Assembly: GCA_965219995.1 (NCBI GenBank)
Contig: CBDCOX010000002.1
Span: forward strand, 2,080,001 to 2,144,000
Length of the DNA: 64,000 nt
Direction of reading: 5' to 3'
DNA from: Candidatus Latescibacterota bacterium
GTDB lineage: Bacteria > Latescibacterota > UBA2968 > GCA-2709665
Shown: in pieces, positions 19,528 to 29,969 of the stretch
Position numbering within the stretch: the first letter of the stretch is position 1
How the letters are laid out: each line of letters opens with the position of its first letter
Translations under genes and position numbers: made by a program
The notes under the pieces: model-generated
The model's input: the letters and a program-made list of their open reading frames with translations, nothing else
Told to the model about the DNA's origin: nothing
Database searches by the model: none

Positions 19528-20523
19528 TCAGAACCTGGGCACGGCCACGGGTTTGCCCGAGCGCACCGATTCGAAGAGCGCCACGCAGATTCCGGCCGTC
19601 CGCACGGACTGCTCCAGATCCACCTGCGGTTCCGTGCCGTTTTCTATCGCCTGAAGCAGGTCTTCGATCAGCTTCCGCCGGCTGTCGCGGCCGTCGTCCA
19701 CGACATCAATGGGCGCCCATTTTCGGGTGTGCAGATCCGACACCAGGCGGGCGGGAGGCGCCTGGGCGGTGAGAAACGTCCTGCGCGTACCGTATATCTG
19801 CACGTTGCGAAAACCGGGCCGGGCCGACCCCATGGTCGTCAACGTCTTGGCCACACATCCGTTCTCGAACCGGATGATTCCCACCACGCAATCGGTCACG
19901 TCCAGGCCATGCGATCCGGCGGATATGGCGTTTCCGTAAGCGGACACCTCTGCCGCCGGGGAGTCGATAATCCACTGGATCACGTCCACGGGGTGGATGC
20001 TGCCGCCGGCCGCCGCGTTATAGTTCGGCCCCAGTCCGCCTCGCCATCCCTCCTGGAACAGATCCAGGTGGTTCGAGATATAGTCCGCTTCGGCGTAGAA
20101 CACCTGCCCGAACGCCTGCGCCGCAACCTGGCGTTTCAACTCCTGAAACGTCTCGTCGAACCGGATCTGGCATCCGTGCGACACCTTCCGTCCCGCTTGG
20201 CGGGACGTCCGGACGATTCTCTCGATATCCTCGAAGGAGGTGGCCAGCGGCTTCTCCACGAGCACGTGCTTCCCGGAGGCCAGCATCTCAACGGCCGGGT
20301 CGGCGTGCAAATGGTCGGGAGTACAGATCGAGACCACGTCGACGTCGTCCAGACCGGCGAGGTCGCGGTAATCCGTATACCGCCGCTCCACGCCGTACTC
20401 CTCCCCGATCTGATCGAGCAACTTCCCGTTGAGGTCGCAAATCGCCGTTACCGCCGCCCCGGCTTCGCGGTACGCAACGATATGCCCCGTGCCCACGCCC
20501 AGTCCGATTACCGCCGCGCTCAT
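19528..20523 (-). CDS. Gfo/Idh/MocA family oxidoreductase
   Basis: AVIGLGVG, ICTPDHLH, KHVLVEKP, IHPVD. Confidence 0.9.
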   Translation of the reverse strand: MSAAVIGLGVGTGHIVAYREAGAAVTAICDLNGKLLDQIGEEYGVERRYTDYRDLAGLDDVDVVSICTPDHLHADPAVEMLASGKHVLVEKPLATSFEDIERIVRTSRQAGRKVSHGCQIRFDETFQELKRQVAAQAFGQVFYAEADYISNHLDLFQEGWRGGLGPNYNAAAGGSIHPVDVIQWIIDSPAAEVSAYGNAISAGSHGLDVTDCVVGIIRFENGCVAKTLTTMGSARPGFRNVQIYGTRRTFLTAQAPPARLVSDLHTRKWAPIDVVDDGRDSRRKLIEDLLQAIENGTEPQVDLEQSVRTAGICVALFESVRSGKPVAVPRF

Positions 20524-20611
20524 TGCCACGCGTCAGACCTCCACATGGAAATTCGTCGCGCCATTCTCGCGACGCAACGCACCTGCAGTACGGATATTCC
20601 GCCGTCAATCT

Positions 20612-21796
20612 TCAGCTTCGCCCCGGCACAATCGGCACGAGACTGGCCCCCGATGGCCTCGGCCCACGGGGCCTGATCGGCAGGCGCTCGTACGAACGGT
20701 ACCGGACGTCGAGATGCGGTGTCTCCACCCTTACGTGGCCTTTGTGGCGGGAGTCCATCAGCGCATCCAGGGCTCCGCTCACCAGGAGCGTGCGCTCTAC
20801 CGGGTACGGCGGGTTGCCGGTAAGGAAGAGTTCGTGGATGTTTCTGCCGAGATAGCTGAAATGGGCATGGGGATCGTCAGGCAAAAATACTTCCATTGCC
20901 CGTACGCCGTTCTGCTCGCGTCCGGCGTACCCGAACCCTTGCGTGTATCCGTTCAACATAAGCGTGGCGGCCTTCAACCCGTCGGCGTATTCCAGCAGAA
21001 AAACCGCCGGGTCCGGGCAGTGGGGTTCCATTGCTCCCGCGGCTTTCGCCTCGATGGGTTCGCGCGCGGCATCGGCCAGCTCGCGGGACCACCGCCCCTC
21101 GTCTCCCGCCCGCCAGACGTCATCGCCCTCGAGGCACTGCACAGCGACGATACCGGTCTCGCCACCCCGTCTGCGTTCGGTCATACACTGCAACAGCTCG
21201 AGCGCGTGGAACCCGTACGAGTCGAGGCCCGAATACCCGATTGACAGCGCTTCAGACAGCGGCGTATCCAGATCGTATTCGAGATACGGATTCCTCCACG
21301 CCAGCGGCACGGACGAACCGGCCAGATAAGGTACTTCCAGCACCTGCGCCCGGTCGTACATCCACTTCGAATTCGCCCAGTCATAGGCCAGGTGTTTGTC
21401 GTTGAACACGGGTACGGACCGGCCGGACGTGGCGAACACCCCGCATACCTGCTCGAAAAAGAACCGGCGCGGGTACATGTGCTGCTGCTTTTCGTTCCAG
21501 GCGTAGTCCCCGTGCTCGCCGATCATCAGCACGCCGTCAACCGCCAGTTCCCCTCCGCCCAGCGTCAATGCCTTCGGAATGCTGTTGTAGACCGGCACCC
21601 CGTGTTCCTTCGCGAGTTCGAGGCCGACATCTTTCTCATGAACCTGGTCCATGTACATCGACGCGACCTCCACCTGCGGCGGTATCAACCCGTCGTCGGA
21701 TGGGAACCCCTTCAGAAACTTCGTTACGATGACATCCGCATGGGACCGCGCATACCAGGTTGTCACGATTGCCGCGATCTTCTTTGTCCGGGACAC
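20612..21796 (-). CDS. Conserved hypothetical protein, Gfo/Idh/MocA-like
   Basis: SHADVI, VDGVLMIGEHGDY, VFNDKHL, AGSSVP, YGFHALE, PYPVERTLL; start codon estimated. Confidence 0.7.
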   Translation of the reverse strand: MSRTKKIAAIVTTWYARSHADVIVTKFLKGFPSDDGLIPPQVEVASMYMDQVHEKDVGLELAKEHGVPVYNSIPKALTLGGGELAVDGVLMIGEHGDYAWNEKQQHMYPRRFFFEQVCGVFATSGRSVPVFNDKHLAYDWANSKWMYDRAQVLEVPYLAGSSVPLAWRNPYLEYDLDTPLSEALSIGYSGLDSYGFHALELLQCMTERRRGGETGIVAVQCLEGDDVWRAGDEGRWSRELADAAREPIEAKAAGAMEPHCPDPAVFLLEYADGLKAATLMLNGYTQGFGYAGREQNGVRAMEVFLPDDPHAHFSYLGRNIHELFLTGNPPYPVERTLLVSGALDALMDSRHKGHVRVETPHLDVRYRSYERLPIRPRGPRPSGASLVPIVPGRS

Positions 21797-22085
21797 GGGA
21801 CACCCGCCTTTCTGCCCGTCAGTCGAACACGATGGCCGCCTGTAGAATAACTCTTCCAAGGGGTGCGTGGGACGTCCGAACGTAGTTGATGGGGAAAGAA
21901 CATCCCGGTCCGTCGTCCGATCCGCGAGGCAAATATGGGAATCACCAAAATCGATGTCAAGGTGAAATCAACTTCTCAGGCAGGCGGCAACTCCCGCGAC
22001 TTGCGGCTTGATTTTCGGGCATGGATCGTCTATTTTGGTGGCGCAGGAAGGCGTGCCCCATACAGACCCCCTCGGGATGCTCAAT

Positions 22086-23273
22086 ATGGCCTACGGCGGC
22101 ATCAAATCCTGGTTGGAGGACGAACTGGAATCCATCCGGGAGAACGGCCTCTACAAGACAGAAACGCGGATCGCTACGCCCCAGAACACGCTGATCAGGA
22201 CCCCGGACGGCGAAGCGATCAATTTCTGCGCCAACAACTACCTGGGGCTTGCCAACCATCCGGAGATCGCGGAAGCCGCGGCGGAGGGATTGGATGCATA
22301 CGGATACGGCATGGCGTCGGTACGCTTCATCTGCGGTACGCAGGACCTGCACACGTCCCTGGAACGCCGCATCTCGGAGTTTCTCGATACGGAAGACACC
22401 ATCCTCTACACGTCCTGCTTCGACGCCAACGCCGGGCTGTTCGAGACCCTCTTCGGACCCGAAGACGCTGTGATCAGCGACGCACTGAACCATGCCAGCA
22501 TCATCGACGGCATCCGGCTCTGCAAGGCGCGGCGAAGCATCTATCGCCACGCCGACATGCCGGATCTGGAAGACCGGCTCAAGGACGCGGCGGACGCGCG
22601 TTTCCGGGTGGTCGCCACCGACGGCGTGTTTTCCATGCACGGCGACGTCGCGCCGCTCAAGGAGATCTGCCGCCTCGCGGACGCCCACGACGCGCTGGTG
22701 ATGGTGGACGATTCCCATGCGACCGGATTCCTGGGCGAGAACGGCCGCGGCACCCCTGAGTTCTGTGGCGTTGAGAACCGGATCGATATCCTGACCAGCA
22801 CGCTGGGAAAGGCCCTTGGAGGCGCCTCGGGCGGATTTACGACGGGGCGGAGAGAAATCGTCGAGTACCTGCGGCAGCGCTCCCGCCCCTACCTGTTTTC
22901 CAATACGCTGGCGCCCCCGATCGTCGCGGGCGGATCGAAAGCGCTGGAACTCGTGCAGACGCGTCCGGAATTCCGGCTGGCCCTGATGAAAAACACCCGA
23001 TACTTCAGGAAGACCATGGGGGTACGGGGATTCCTCATTCCGGAGGGCGTCCACCCCATCGTCCCGATCATGCTCGGCGATGAGCAGAAGACGGTGCGCA
23101 TGGCCCGGGCCATGAACCGGCGCGGCATCTTCGTGGTGGGATTCAGCTATCCCGTGGTGCCCAAAGGCGAAGCCCGCATCCGCGTACAGATCTCCGCGGC
23201 CCACACGCGAAATCAGCTGGACCGCGCCATCGATACGTTCGTGGACGTCGGCACCGCCCTCGGCGTCATATGA
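22086..23273 (+). CDS. kbl: Glycine C-acetyltransferase (2-amino-3-ketobutyrate CoA ligase)
   Basis: [59 protein letters not shown]. Confidence 0.93.
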   Translation: MAYGGIKSWLEDELESIRENGLYKTETRIATPQNTLIRTPDGEAINFCANNYLGLANHPEIAEAAAEGLDAYGYGMASVRFICGTQDLHTSLERRISEFLDTEDTILYTSCFDANAGLFETLFGPEDAVISDALNHASIIDGIRLCKARRSIYRHADMPDLEDRLKDAADARFRVVATDGVFSMHGDVAPLKEICRLADAHDALVMVDDSHATGFLGENGRGTPEFCGVENRIDILTSTLGKALGGASGGFTTGRREIVEYLRQRSRPYLFSNTLAPPIVAGGSKALELVQTRPEFRLALMKNTRYFRKTMGVRGFLIPEGVHPIVPIMLGDEQKTVRMARAMNRRGIFVVGFSYPVVPKGEARIRVQISAAHTRNQLDRAIDTFVDVGTALGVI

Positions 23274-23353
23274 CCCATCAGGTCATTACTTTTTTAAAAT
23301 ACTTGAAAATAAAGTGGTTGCGACGCCAACCGTAACGTCAGGAGGACACGCTA

Positions 23354-24121
23354 ATGGACACGCCCCAGCAGCAACCCCTCCGTGACCGCATCGCCATCGT
23401 GACCGGGGCGGGACAGGGGATCGGCCGGGCCGTCGCCCAGACTCTGGCCAGACACGGCGCCCACCTCGTCGTGAACGACCTCGACGAATCCAACGCCAAA
23501 CGGACGGCCGACGAGCTGGGATCGGCGTTCACCAGGGCCTTCCACTTTCAGGCCGACGTCACGGACGCCCCCGGGGTGCAGGCCATGGTGGACTGGACGG
23601 CGGATACCTTCGGCGCGGTCCACATCCTGGTCAACAACGCGGGCATTCTCTTTCCGACCAGCGTCATCGACATCGACGAAGACGAATGGGACCGCGTCAT
23701 CGACGTCAACCTCAAGGGCGCTTTTCTCTGCTCGAAGGCCGTCCTCCCGCAAATGCGCGACGCGGGATGGGGCCGCATCGTCAATTTCTCCTCTACGGCC
23801 GGCAAGAACGTCAGCACCGTGGGCGGCGCGCATTACACGGCCGCAAAGGCCGGCGTGCTGGGGTTCACGCGCCACCTCGCCAGGGAAGTCGCGCCTTACA
23901 ACATTACGGTCAATGCGGTCTGTCCGGGACTGATCGATACCGAAATGGTCCGCGGTACCATCGACGAAGAACGGACACGCGCCTACGCGCGCAGCTTCCC
24001 GGTCCCCCGCCTGGGCAGACCGGAGGAAGTCGCCGACCTGGTGGCCTTTCTCGCCTCGGACCAGGCCGCCTATATCACCGGCGCATCGCTGGACATCAAC
24101 GGCGGCGACCTGATGATATAG
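23354..24121 (+). CDS. SDR family oxidoreductase (FabG-like)
   Basis: TGAGQGIG, NNAG, YTAAK, NAVCPG. Confidence 0.92.
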   Translation: MDTPQQQPLRDRIAIVTGAGQGIGRAVAQTLARHGAHLVVNDLDESNAKRTADELGSAFTRAFHFQADVTDAPGVQAMVDWTADTFGAVHILVNNAGILFPTSVIDIDEDEWDRVIDVNLKGAFLCSKAVLPQMRDAGWGRIVNFSSTAGKNVSTVGGAHYTAAKAGVLGFTRHLAREVAPYNITVNAVCPGLIDTEMVRGTIDEERTRAYARSFPVPRLGRPEEVADLVAFLASDQAAYITGASLDINGGDLMI

Positions 24122-24171
24122 GCCGCCATTGCCGCAAGTTGTCTCGTACGGCTTCCTGGAGTATCCGGACA

Positions 24172-25332
24172 ATGCAGGTTGCGAGCGTAAAAGCCTTCCT
24201 GGTTCATCCGGGCAGCGCGAAGAACTGGCTGTTTGTCAAGGTGGTGACGGACACCGGCATCCACGGATGGGGCGAGGCCTACACCCAGCACGACAGGGAC
24301 CGGAGCGTCCAGGTCCACGTGGAAGAACTGGGTCGGTACCTGATTGGACGGTCGCCGTTCGATATCCGGCATTTCACGTACGTGGCATACACGGACTTCG
24401 CAAGCAAGAGGGGCGCGATGGACCTCTACGCCGCTATCAGCGCCATCGAACAGGCCCTGTGGGATATCGTCGGCAAGTCCCTGAACCAGCCGGTCTACAA
24501 CCTGCTCGGCGGCGCGTGCAGGACCCGAATCAAGGTCTATGCCAATGGATGGGGAAGCTGGTACGATCCCGGAAAGGAACTGGAACAACTCGCCGAACGG
24601 GCCGCGGCGGTGGTGTCGAAAGGGTTCACCGCGCTCAAGTTCGACCCCTTTCCCGGTCCCTGGCGCAGCATCATCGACGTGAGGGACGAGCAAACCGCAG
24701 TGGACCGTGTGGGAGCCGTCCGCGAGGCCGTGGGCCCCGACGTGGATATCCTGGTGGAAGTGCACCGGAGGCTTTCTCCGGCGCATGCCATCCGCGTAGC
24801 CCGTCGCATGGAGGCATTCAACCCCTTCTGGTACGAGGAACCCGTTTCCTCCCGCGACCTCGACGGGCTGGCGGAAGCCAGACGGAACATCAACATCCCG
24901 GTTGTCACAGGCGAAGAACTCTATACGAAGGTTGAGTTCCGCGACGTGTTCGAGAAACGCGCCGCCGACGTCATCAACCCGGACGTCTGCAACTGCGGCG
25001 GGATTCTGGAGCTTCGCGAAATCGCGGCCATGGCCGAGCCCTGCCACGTCGCGGTCTCGCCCCACAATTACAACAGTACGACGGTAGGGCTGGCCGCCAC
25101 GATGCAGGCGGCCGCCGGCATGCCCAACTTCCTGATTACCGAATACTTCGTGAATTTCGAAACCGCGGGCAACGACATCGCCGTCGACCCCTTCGTCGTT
25201 GAAGACGGTTACATCACCCTACCCACGGCGCCCGGCCTGGGCATCGACCTGGACGAGGACGCGCTCGCCGGCTATCCTTTCCAACCGTTCCCTGCAAGAA
25301 AACTGCGGCATCCGTGTGACGAAGGACCGTAG
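24172..25332 (+). CDS. Galactonate dehydratase-like enolase-superfamily enzyme
   Basis: NWLFVKV.TDTGIHGWGE, KFDPF, VEVHRRL, WYEEP, GEE, SPHN; true start ATG 24172. Confidence 0.88.
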   Translation: MQVASVKAFLVHPGSAKNWLFVKVVTDTGIHGWGEAYTQHDRDRSVQVHVEELGRYLIGRSPFDIRHFTYVAYTDFASKRGAMDLYAAISAIEQALWDIVGKSLNQPVYNLLGGACRTRIKVYANGWGSWYDPGKELEQLAERAAAVVSKGFTALKFDPFPGPWRSIIDVRDEQTAVDRVGAVREAVGPDVDILVEVHRRLSPAHAIRVARRMEAFNPFWYEEPVSSRDLDGLAEARRNINIPVVTGEELYTKVEFRDVFEKRAADVINPDVCNCGGILELREIAAMAEPCHVAVSPHNYNSTTVGLAATMQAAAGMPNFLITEYFVNFETAGNDIAVDPFVVEDGYITLPTAPGLGIDLDEDALAGYPFQPFPARKLRHPCDEGP

Positions 25333-25429
25333 CGATCGCATTCTCCCCGCAACGTACAGCGGGTGTTGTTCGCGATCGATTCAACCCGGATTCAAGGCAA
25401 ACCTGTTATTTGTGCGAAGGAGGCAGACA

Positions 25430-26632
25430 ATGGACCGTGACGACGTGCGGCAGAGACTGGAAAAACTGGAAGGCAAACTACGCTGGCAGAAACGGGCGAT
25501 TGCAGGATTGCTGATTGTATTCCTCTTTAGCGCGTCCCCGGCGTTGACCCGGGCGTCGAAATGGTTCGGGAGCATGCTCCCGCCAAAGCTGGCCTCGCTG
25601 AGCCTTCAACACGGTACGACAACCGGCGACGTGCGGTTTGGCGATCTCTCGCCCAACCGGGCCGACCTCCCGTTGCCGGAGGCCGGTAACGCCGTACCTG
25701 GCAAAATCGCTCCGGAGCAGATCATCGATGCAGGCGACACCTTGCGGGTCGGTACCCTTCACGTCGTCAATGCGAGCGGGGAGGTCGTTGCAGCCCTCGG
25801 GTCGGACGAGGCGGGAGACGGTTCGCTGGTGATCACGAACAGAAACGGTTCGGTGGTTTCCGTTGTGGGCGTTGACGCAAACGGACACGGAACCCTGGGG
25901 GTCCTCAACGCGGCGGGTCGGGTCGCGGCCGCCATGGGCGCCGACCCGTCGGAACAGGCAAATGGATGGGTCGACGCCAGGAGCGCGACGGGTTCCGCGG
26001 CCGCACTCGCCTTCGATAGCGCCGGAGACGGCACTGTGCTGGTGTTCAGCTCGGATGACAAGCTGGTCGCCGGATTCGGAGTGGACGAAAACGGCAACGG
26101 CGCCCTTCGCATCTCGAATGCGGCCGGCGGGATCGTTGCCGCGATCGGCGCGGACGAGACGGAAGACGCCAATGGATGGATGGACGTCAGGAACAAGTCC
26201 GGACCGGCGGCGGGCTTCTCCGTTGACCGCGACGGAGACGGCCTGGCAATCGTGGGAAATCGGGACAACAAGGCCATTGGGATACTGGGCGCGAATGAGA
26301 ATGGACACGGTCTCATCGGATTCATGAATGCGTCCGAGCGGGTTGTGGCCGGCATGGGCGCCGATTCGACCGGCATTGGGGGAATGAGCATCGAAGGGGG
26401 CAGATTCAGGGCCTTTGTCGACGGGAACGCCAACGGCGTGGCGGAAACCCGGGGCAACGACCGGGAGGTTCGCTGGTCCTCGGAAGCGGCCCCCGCAGGG
26501 GACGGCGACGACGACGGTGACAGTGACACCGGCACGACGAGCGGCCTGATCGGGGATTTCGACGGGGACGGCGACGTGGATTTCAACGACTTCCTCACCT
26601 TCGCCCGGAATTTCGGCAAAACCAGCGGGTAG
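25430..26632 (+). CDS. Membrane-anchored glycine-rich beta-repeat protein with a single C-terminal dockerin/EF-hand-like repeat
   Basis: AGGAGG RBS; N-terminal heptad VRQRLEKLEGKL plus hydrophobic helix; ~23-aa repeats; GDFDGDGDVDFNDFLTFARNFG. Confidence 0.75.
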   Translation: MDRDDVRQRLEKLEGKLRWQKRAIAGLLIVFLFSASPALTRASKWFGSMLPPKLASLSLQHGTTTGDVRFGDLSPNRADLPLPEAGNAVPGKIAPEQIIDAGDTLRVGTLHVVNASGEVVAALGSDEAGDGSLVITNRNGSVVSVVGVDANGHGTLGVLNAAGRVAAAMGADPSEQANGWVDARSATGSAAALAFDSAGDGTVLVFSSDDKLVAGFGVDENGNGALRISNAAGGIVAAIGADETEDANGWMDVRNKSGPAAGFSVDRDGDGLAIVGNRDNKAIGILGANENGHGLIGFMNASERVVAGMGADSTGIGGMSIEGGRFRAFVDGNANGVAETRGNDREVRWSSEAAPAGDGDDDGDSDTGTTSGLIGDFDGDGDVDFNDFLTFARNFGKTSG

Positions 26633-26798
26633 CGGAACGCGATTTGACAAGCTCACTTCGACGGGCTCGCAGCCAGACCGCGCCCCTTGCCAAGGGGATG
26701 GCCGGCGTAACGTCAACTACCTCGTGAATTCAGATGTTCCGATACGCGGCCGCGGTGTTACCAACCAAGGATCGGTTCGACACAAAGGAGTCTTACCA

Positions 26799-28286
26799 AT
26801 GCTCTCGTACAATGCCCTGGTGTTGACTATTGCCATCATCGTCGGCGTGTTTGCCGGAACGGAGAACGCTTCGGCAGCCGAGGAAGACCATTCCGCAACT
26901 TCGGCCGACGGCCGTAATCTGCCGCCCGTGCTTGGCGACGTGGGTAGAAATGGCGCCTACGGATACTCGCAATCAGTTGGATCGGGCATTTCCTTCTCTT
27001 CCAGCAAGACATTGGCTGAGGAAAAGATGGAAGAAGGACTTGCGGAATTCCGTTCCGGCAAGGACGTTGTCTGGCTTTATTACCGCGCGGAGGCCAGCGA
27101 CCCGGACGGGGACGAAGTGCGGTATATCTGGTCTCAGGTATCTTCTGAAGAGCCGGCTGCGATCATAGAACAGGATGATTCCTTCGTTCCCAGCGGACAG
27201 GGGGTCGACGTGAAAGTCTGCACGCCGCCCTCAGGAGCCGAAATCACACTTCAAGTCGTAGCCATGGACAAGAACGGCGCAATAAGCGAACCCAGGACGG
27301 TCGTCGTGAACGCCGCCGGATGCGCATCGGAAGCGCGCTGGGTGCGGTTGTCAAGATTTGCCCGGTTGCGCCAGGCCGCCAATCAGGGAGACCATAAATC
27401 TCAAAGAGACCTGGCGTTAGCATATATCAACGGCGACGGTGTATTCAAGAATAAGAAAAAAGGAACGCAACTCATGCAAACGCATGCCCAGGCCGGAAAT
27501 GCCGAAGCGCAGGCTCAATGGGCCTATTTTCTCGACACGGGAAAGCATCGGATTAAAAAAGATAAAGAGGAAGCGCTCAAGTGGTATCGTGCCGCGGCTC
27601 AGCAGGGTCACGCCCATGCGCAATATGCCGTGGGATTCTACGAGAAGGACAAGCGAGAGGCACTGAGGTGGTACAAATTGGCGGCCGAACAGAACAACAC
27701 CTCTGCCCAGTTCAACCTGGCGAAGATGCTGGCTGAGGGTGACGGCGTACCGAAGGATCTGGCTGTGGCGAAGGAATGGATGAAAAAATCGGCGGATCTG
27801 GGGCACAAACGCGCCAGAACCTGGATTGATAACTGGGAGGCGGCTACGGCATTCGATGCATCCGGAAACAGGCCTCCGCAATTGATTTCGGTAACGTATG
27901 CGGGAGATCATAGACCGACTTCGGTTTCCTATTCCGCCAACAAGATGACGTATAAAGACGGAAAGCTGGTCACTGAGGGTGGTCAGACAAGCGTCAACAC
28001 AATTGTCTGGCGTAAAGTAAACGTCCGTGCTGAAGATTTCGATGGTGAGGCGATTCGATATCTCGTCACACAAAAATCTCCAGTTACTCCTGAAGTCACA
28101 ATTGGCGGCCAGCGAAACGTATTCAAATATCATGCCTCCGGCAAGGAGGTTATGTTTGCCATGTGCTTTCCGGATATTTCGGGCGGAGAATTCACGTTTC
28201 AAGTGATCGCGGAGGATAAACGTGGAGGAAAAAGCGCTCCGAAGACCATCGTGCTTGAGGCCATCAGGTCGGACAAATGCCAGTGA
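26799..28286 (+). CDS. Secreted Sel1-like repeat protein flanked by two related Ig/PKD-like domains
   Basis: Signal peptide; ALKWYRAAAQQGHAHAQY, AQFNLAKMLAEGDGVPKD; duplicated NxPP...DxDG...QVxAxDKxG. Confidence 0.8.
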   Translation: MLSYNALVLTIAIIVGVFAGTENASAAEEDHSATSADGRNLPPVLGDVGRNGAYGYSQSVGSGISFSSSKTLAEEKMEEGLAEFRSGKDVVWLYYRAEASDPDGDEVRYIWSQVSSEEPAAIIEQDDSFVPSGQGVDVKVCTPPSGAEITLQVVAMDKNGAISEPRTVVVNAAGCASEARWVRLSRFARLRQAANQGDHKSQRDLALAYINGDGVFKNKKKGTQLMQTHAQAGNAEAQAQWAYFLDTGKHRIKKDKEEALKWYRAAAQQGHAHAQYAVGFYEKDKREALRWYKLAAEQNNTSAQFNLAKMLAEGDGVPKDLAVAKEWMKKSADLGHKRARTWIDNWEAATAFDASGNRPPQLISVTYAGDHRPTSVSYSANKMTYKDGKLVTEGGQTSVNTIVWRKVNVRAEDFDGEAIRYLVTQKSPVTPEVTIGGQRNVFKYHASGKEVMFAMCFPDISGGEFTFQVIAEDKRGGKSAPKTIVLEAIRSDKCQ

Positions 28287-28376
28287 GCTTGCACACGAGA
28301 AATGCATTGGTTCATTAATGCTTGTTATTGCAGAAAGCACTCTACAGTTTACAAAATCACACACCATTGACCTGGC

Positions 28377-28474
28377 ACCCTGAGCCGCGCCCTGAGCTTG
28401 TCGAAGGGTCGGCGAAGGGTCAAAAAGGCACCGAAACGGGGGCGCTTCGACAAGCTTAGCGTCCCCGTTCGTGC
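28377..28474. repeat. REP-like palindrome cluster (CCCTGAGCTTGTCGAAGGG type), nested, with an inverted partner
   Basis: CCCTGAGCTTGTCGAAGGG (28390-28408) inside ACCCTGAGCCG...CGGCGAAGGGT; partner CGCTTCGACAAGCTTAGCG. Confidence 0.7.
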
Positions 28475-28832
28475 AAGTCCCTTTCCACGTCTTGGCAGGA
28501 GCTTAAGACGTCACCTATTTACTGCTGCTGGTGATAATTGTCGGTTCCTATGACGAGCGAAGTCTTCTGCTGCCGGGCGATTTCCCGTGGACTTTTGATA
28601 CACTCGATCTCAGAGATGCTGTCGTTGCTCTGGATTTGAGAGAGAATACGTTCCATCTTTCCTTTGAATAGCTCACGTGGCACGTGCCAAAGAGACCAGT
28701 GAATGACATTGAAATCACGACTTACCTGCCAACACAAACCATGCCAAGGAGTGAAGTAAATAATCGCCTGGCGTGCAGACTACGTATGTATATCGATGCC
28801 CATGTCGACATATACAATCCCGGAGGGAATAA

Positions 28833-29966
28833 ATGAATCCACTTGAAGAAAGACTGAGTCGATTGGAGACGCGCGTAACGTGGTATCGCAATTTCAACGT
28901 CCTGCTGTGTCTCCTGCTGATAGCGGTCGTTACGGTAGCCGCAAAAGAGGGCGTATCGCCGTTTCAGACAAAAACAGTGACGGAAACCACAGCAATGGCC
29001 CAAGGCGAATACGGTGTGCAGGAATCGCCTGACAGAAACGTGCCAGAGTTGCTGTATCCGGATGAGACCTTCGCTGGCAAGGTTCCCGCGCAGGTTGAAG
29101 GGACGATTCGAACGAGGCGATTGGAGATTGTGAATGGGGATGGACAGACGGTTATCTTGCTGGCGACCAGTACCGACGGTGACGGCCTGATCTTCGTGAA
29201 TTCACCAGAGGACAATAACCTCGTCTATATCGGACCGTCAGCCTTGAACGGCAATGGCTTGGTGCATATCAACTCAGCACAAGGCAAGAACCTTATAGGT
29301 CTCGGATCAAATCCCGAGACGAATGATGGATTTATCCATATTAGAAACAGGAATGAAGAGGGTTTAATAAGTCTACAGACCGGTCAAAGCAACGGTTGGA
29401 TAAGAGTCGACAAGACCGGAAATGAAAATCTGGCGTATCTGGGCGCGAACACTTCGGGGCACGGTTTCTTAAGTCTGAGCAACAAATCGGGAAAAGGCCT
29501 GGTGGCAATGTTCGCCGATGAGACGTCTGGTGGCCTGGAACTGTCCAACAAGGACGATAAGAGGATTGCATTTCTGGGGACCGACATCGGTGGGGAAGGT
29601 TTATTGAAAATCAACTCAAAAACGGGTACGGAACTCATTACGGCAGGATCAAACGTCGAAGATAATGGACTGTTCAGGGTAAGCAATCGCTATGGCACCC
29701 TCGGGTTTTTCGTCATTGGTTCTGACGCACATGGCTATGCGGCAATTCAGGATAACCAGGAGAGGTTGCTTGCAGATCTGACGGCGACTGCATCCGGCAA
29801 CGGGCTTGTTCGCACGTTGTCCAGGCAGGGTATCACGACGTGGTCCAGCGCATCTGTTCAAGGCACCACAGTTTCAACGTCCTTGAGGGGTGATATGGAC
29901 GACGATGGCGACATTGATGGGGATGATTTCCTTATCTTTTCCGAAAACTTCGGCAAGAAAAAGTAA
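28833..29966 (+). CDS. Second membrane-anchored beta-repeat protein with a single dockerin-like repeat
   Basis: GGAGG RBS; LEERLSRLETRV plus TM helix; repeats G.L.I.N..G...LG; GDMDDDGDIDGDDFLIFSENFG. Confidence 0.75.
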   Translation: MNPLEERLSRLETRVTWYRNFNVLLCLLLIAVVTVAAKEGVSPFQTKTVTETTAMAQGEYGVQESPDRNVPELLYPDETFAGKVPAQVEGTIRTRRLEIVNGDGQTVILLATSTDGDGLIFVNSPEDNNLVYIGPSALNGNGLVHINSAQGKNLIGLGSNPETNDGFIHIRNRNEEGLISLQTGQSNGWIRVDKTGNENLAYLGANTSGHGFLSLSNKSGKGLVAMFADETSGGLELSNKDDKRIAFLGTDIGGEGLLKINSKTGTELITAGSNVEDNGLFRVSNRYGTLGFFVIGSDAHGYAAIQDNQERLLADLTATASGNGLVRTLSRQGITTWSSASVQGTTVSTSLRGDMDDDGDIDGDDFLIFSENFGKKK

Positions 29967-29969
29967 GCC

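Noticed and set aside
23290-23325. AT-rich TTAAAATACTTGAAAATAAAGTGGTTGCG as a dif/Xer-like site
   Set aside because: Only loose dyad symmetry; equally explained as promoter DNA for the SDR gene
23686-24171. 162-aa N-terminal extension of the dehydratase ORF
   Set aside because: Overlaps the SDR gene out of frame and is Arg-rich noise; the family N-terminus begins at ATG 24172
28519-29003. Small minus-strand ORFs between the Sel1 and beta-repeat genes
   Set aside because: No clear RBS or motif, and they partly overlap a real gene
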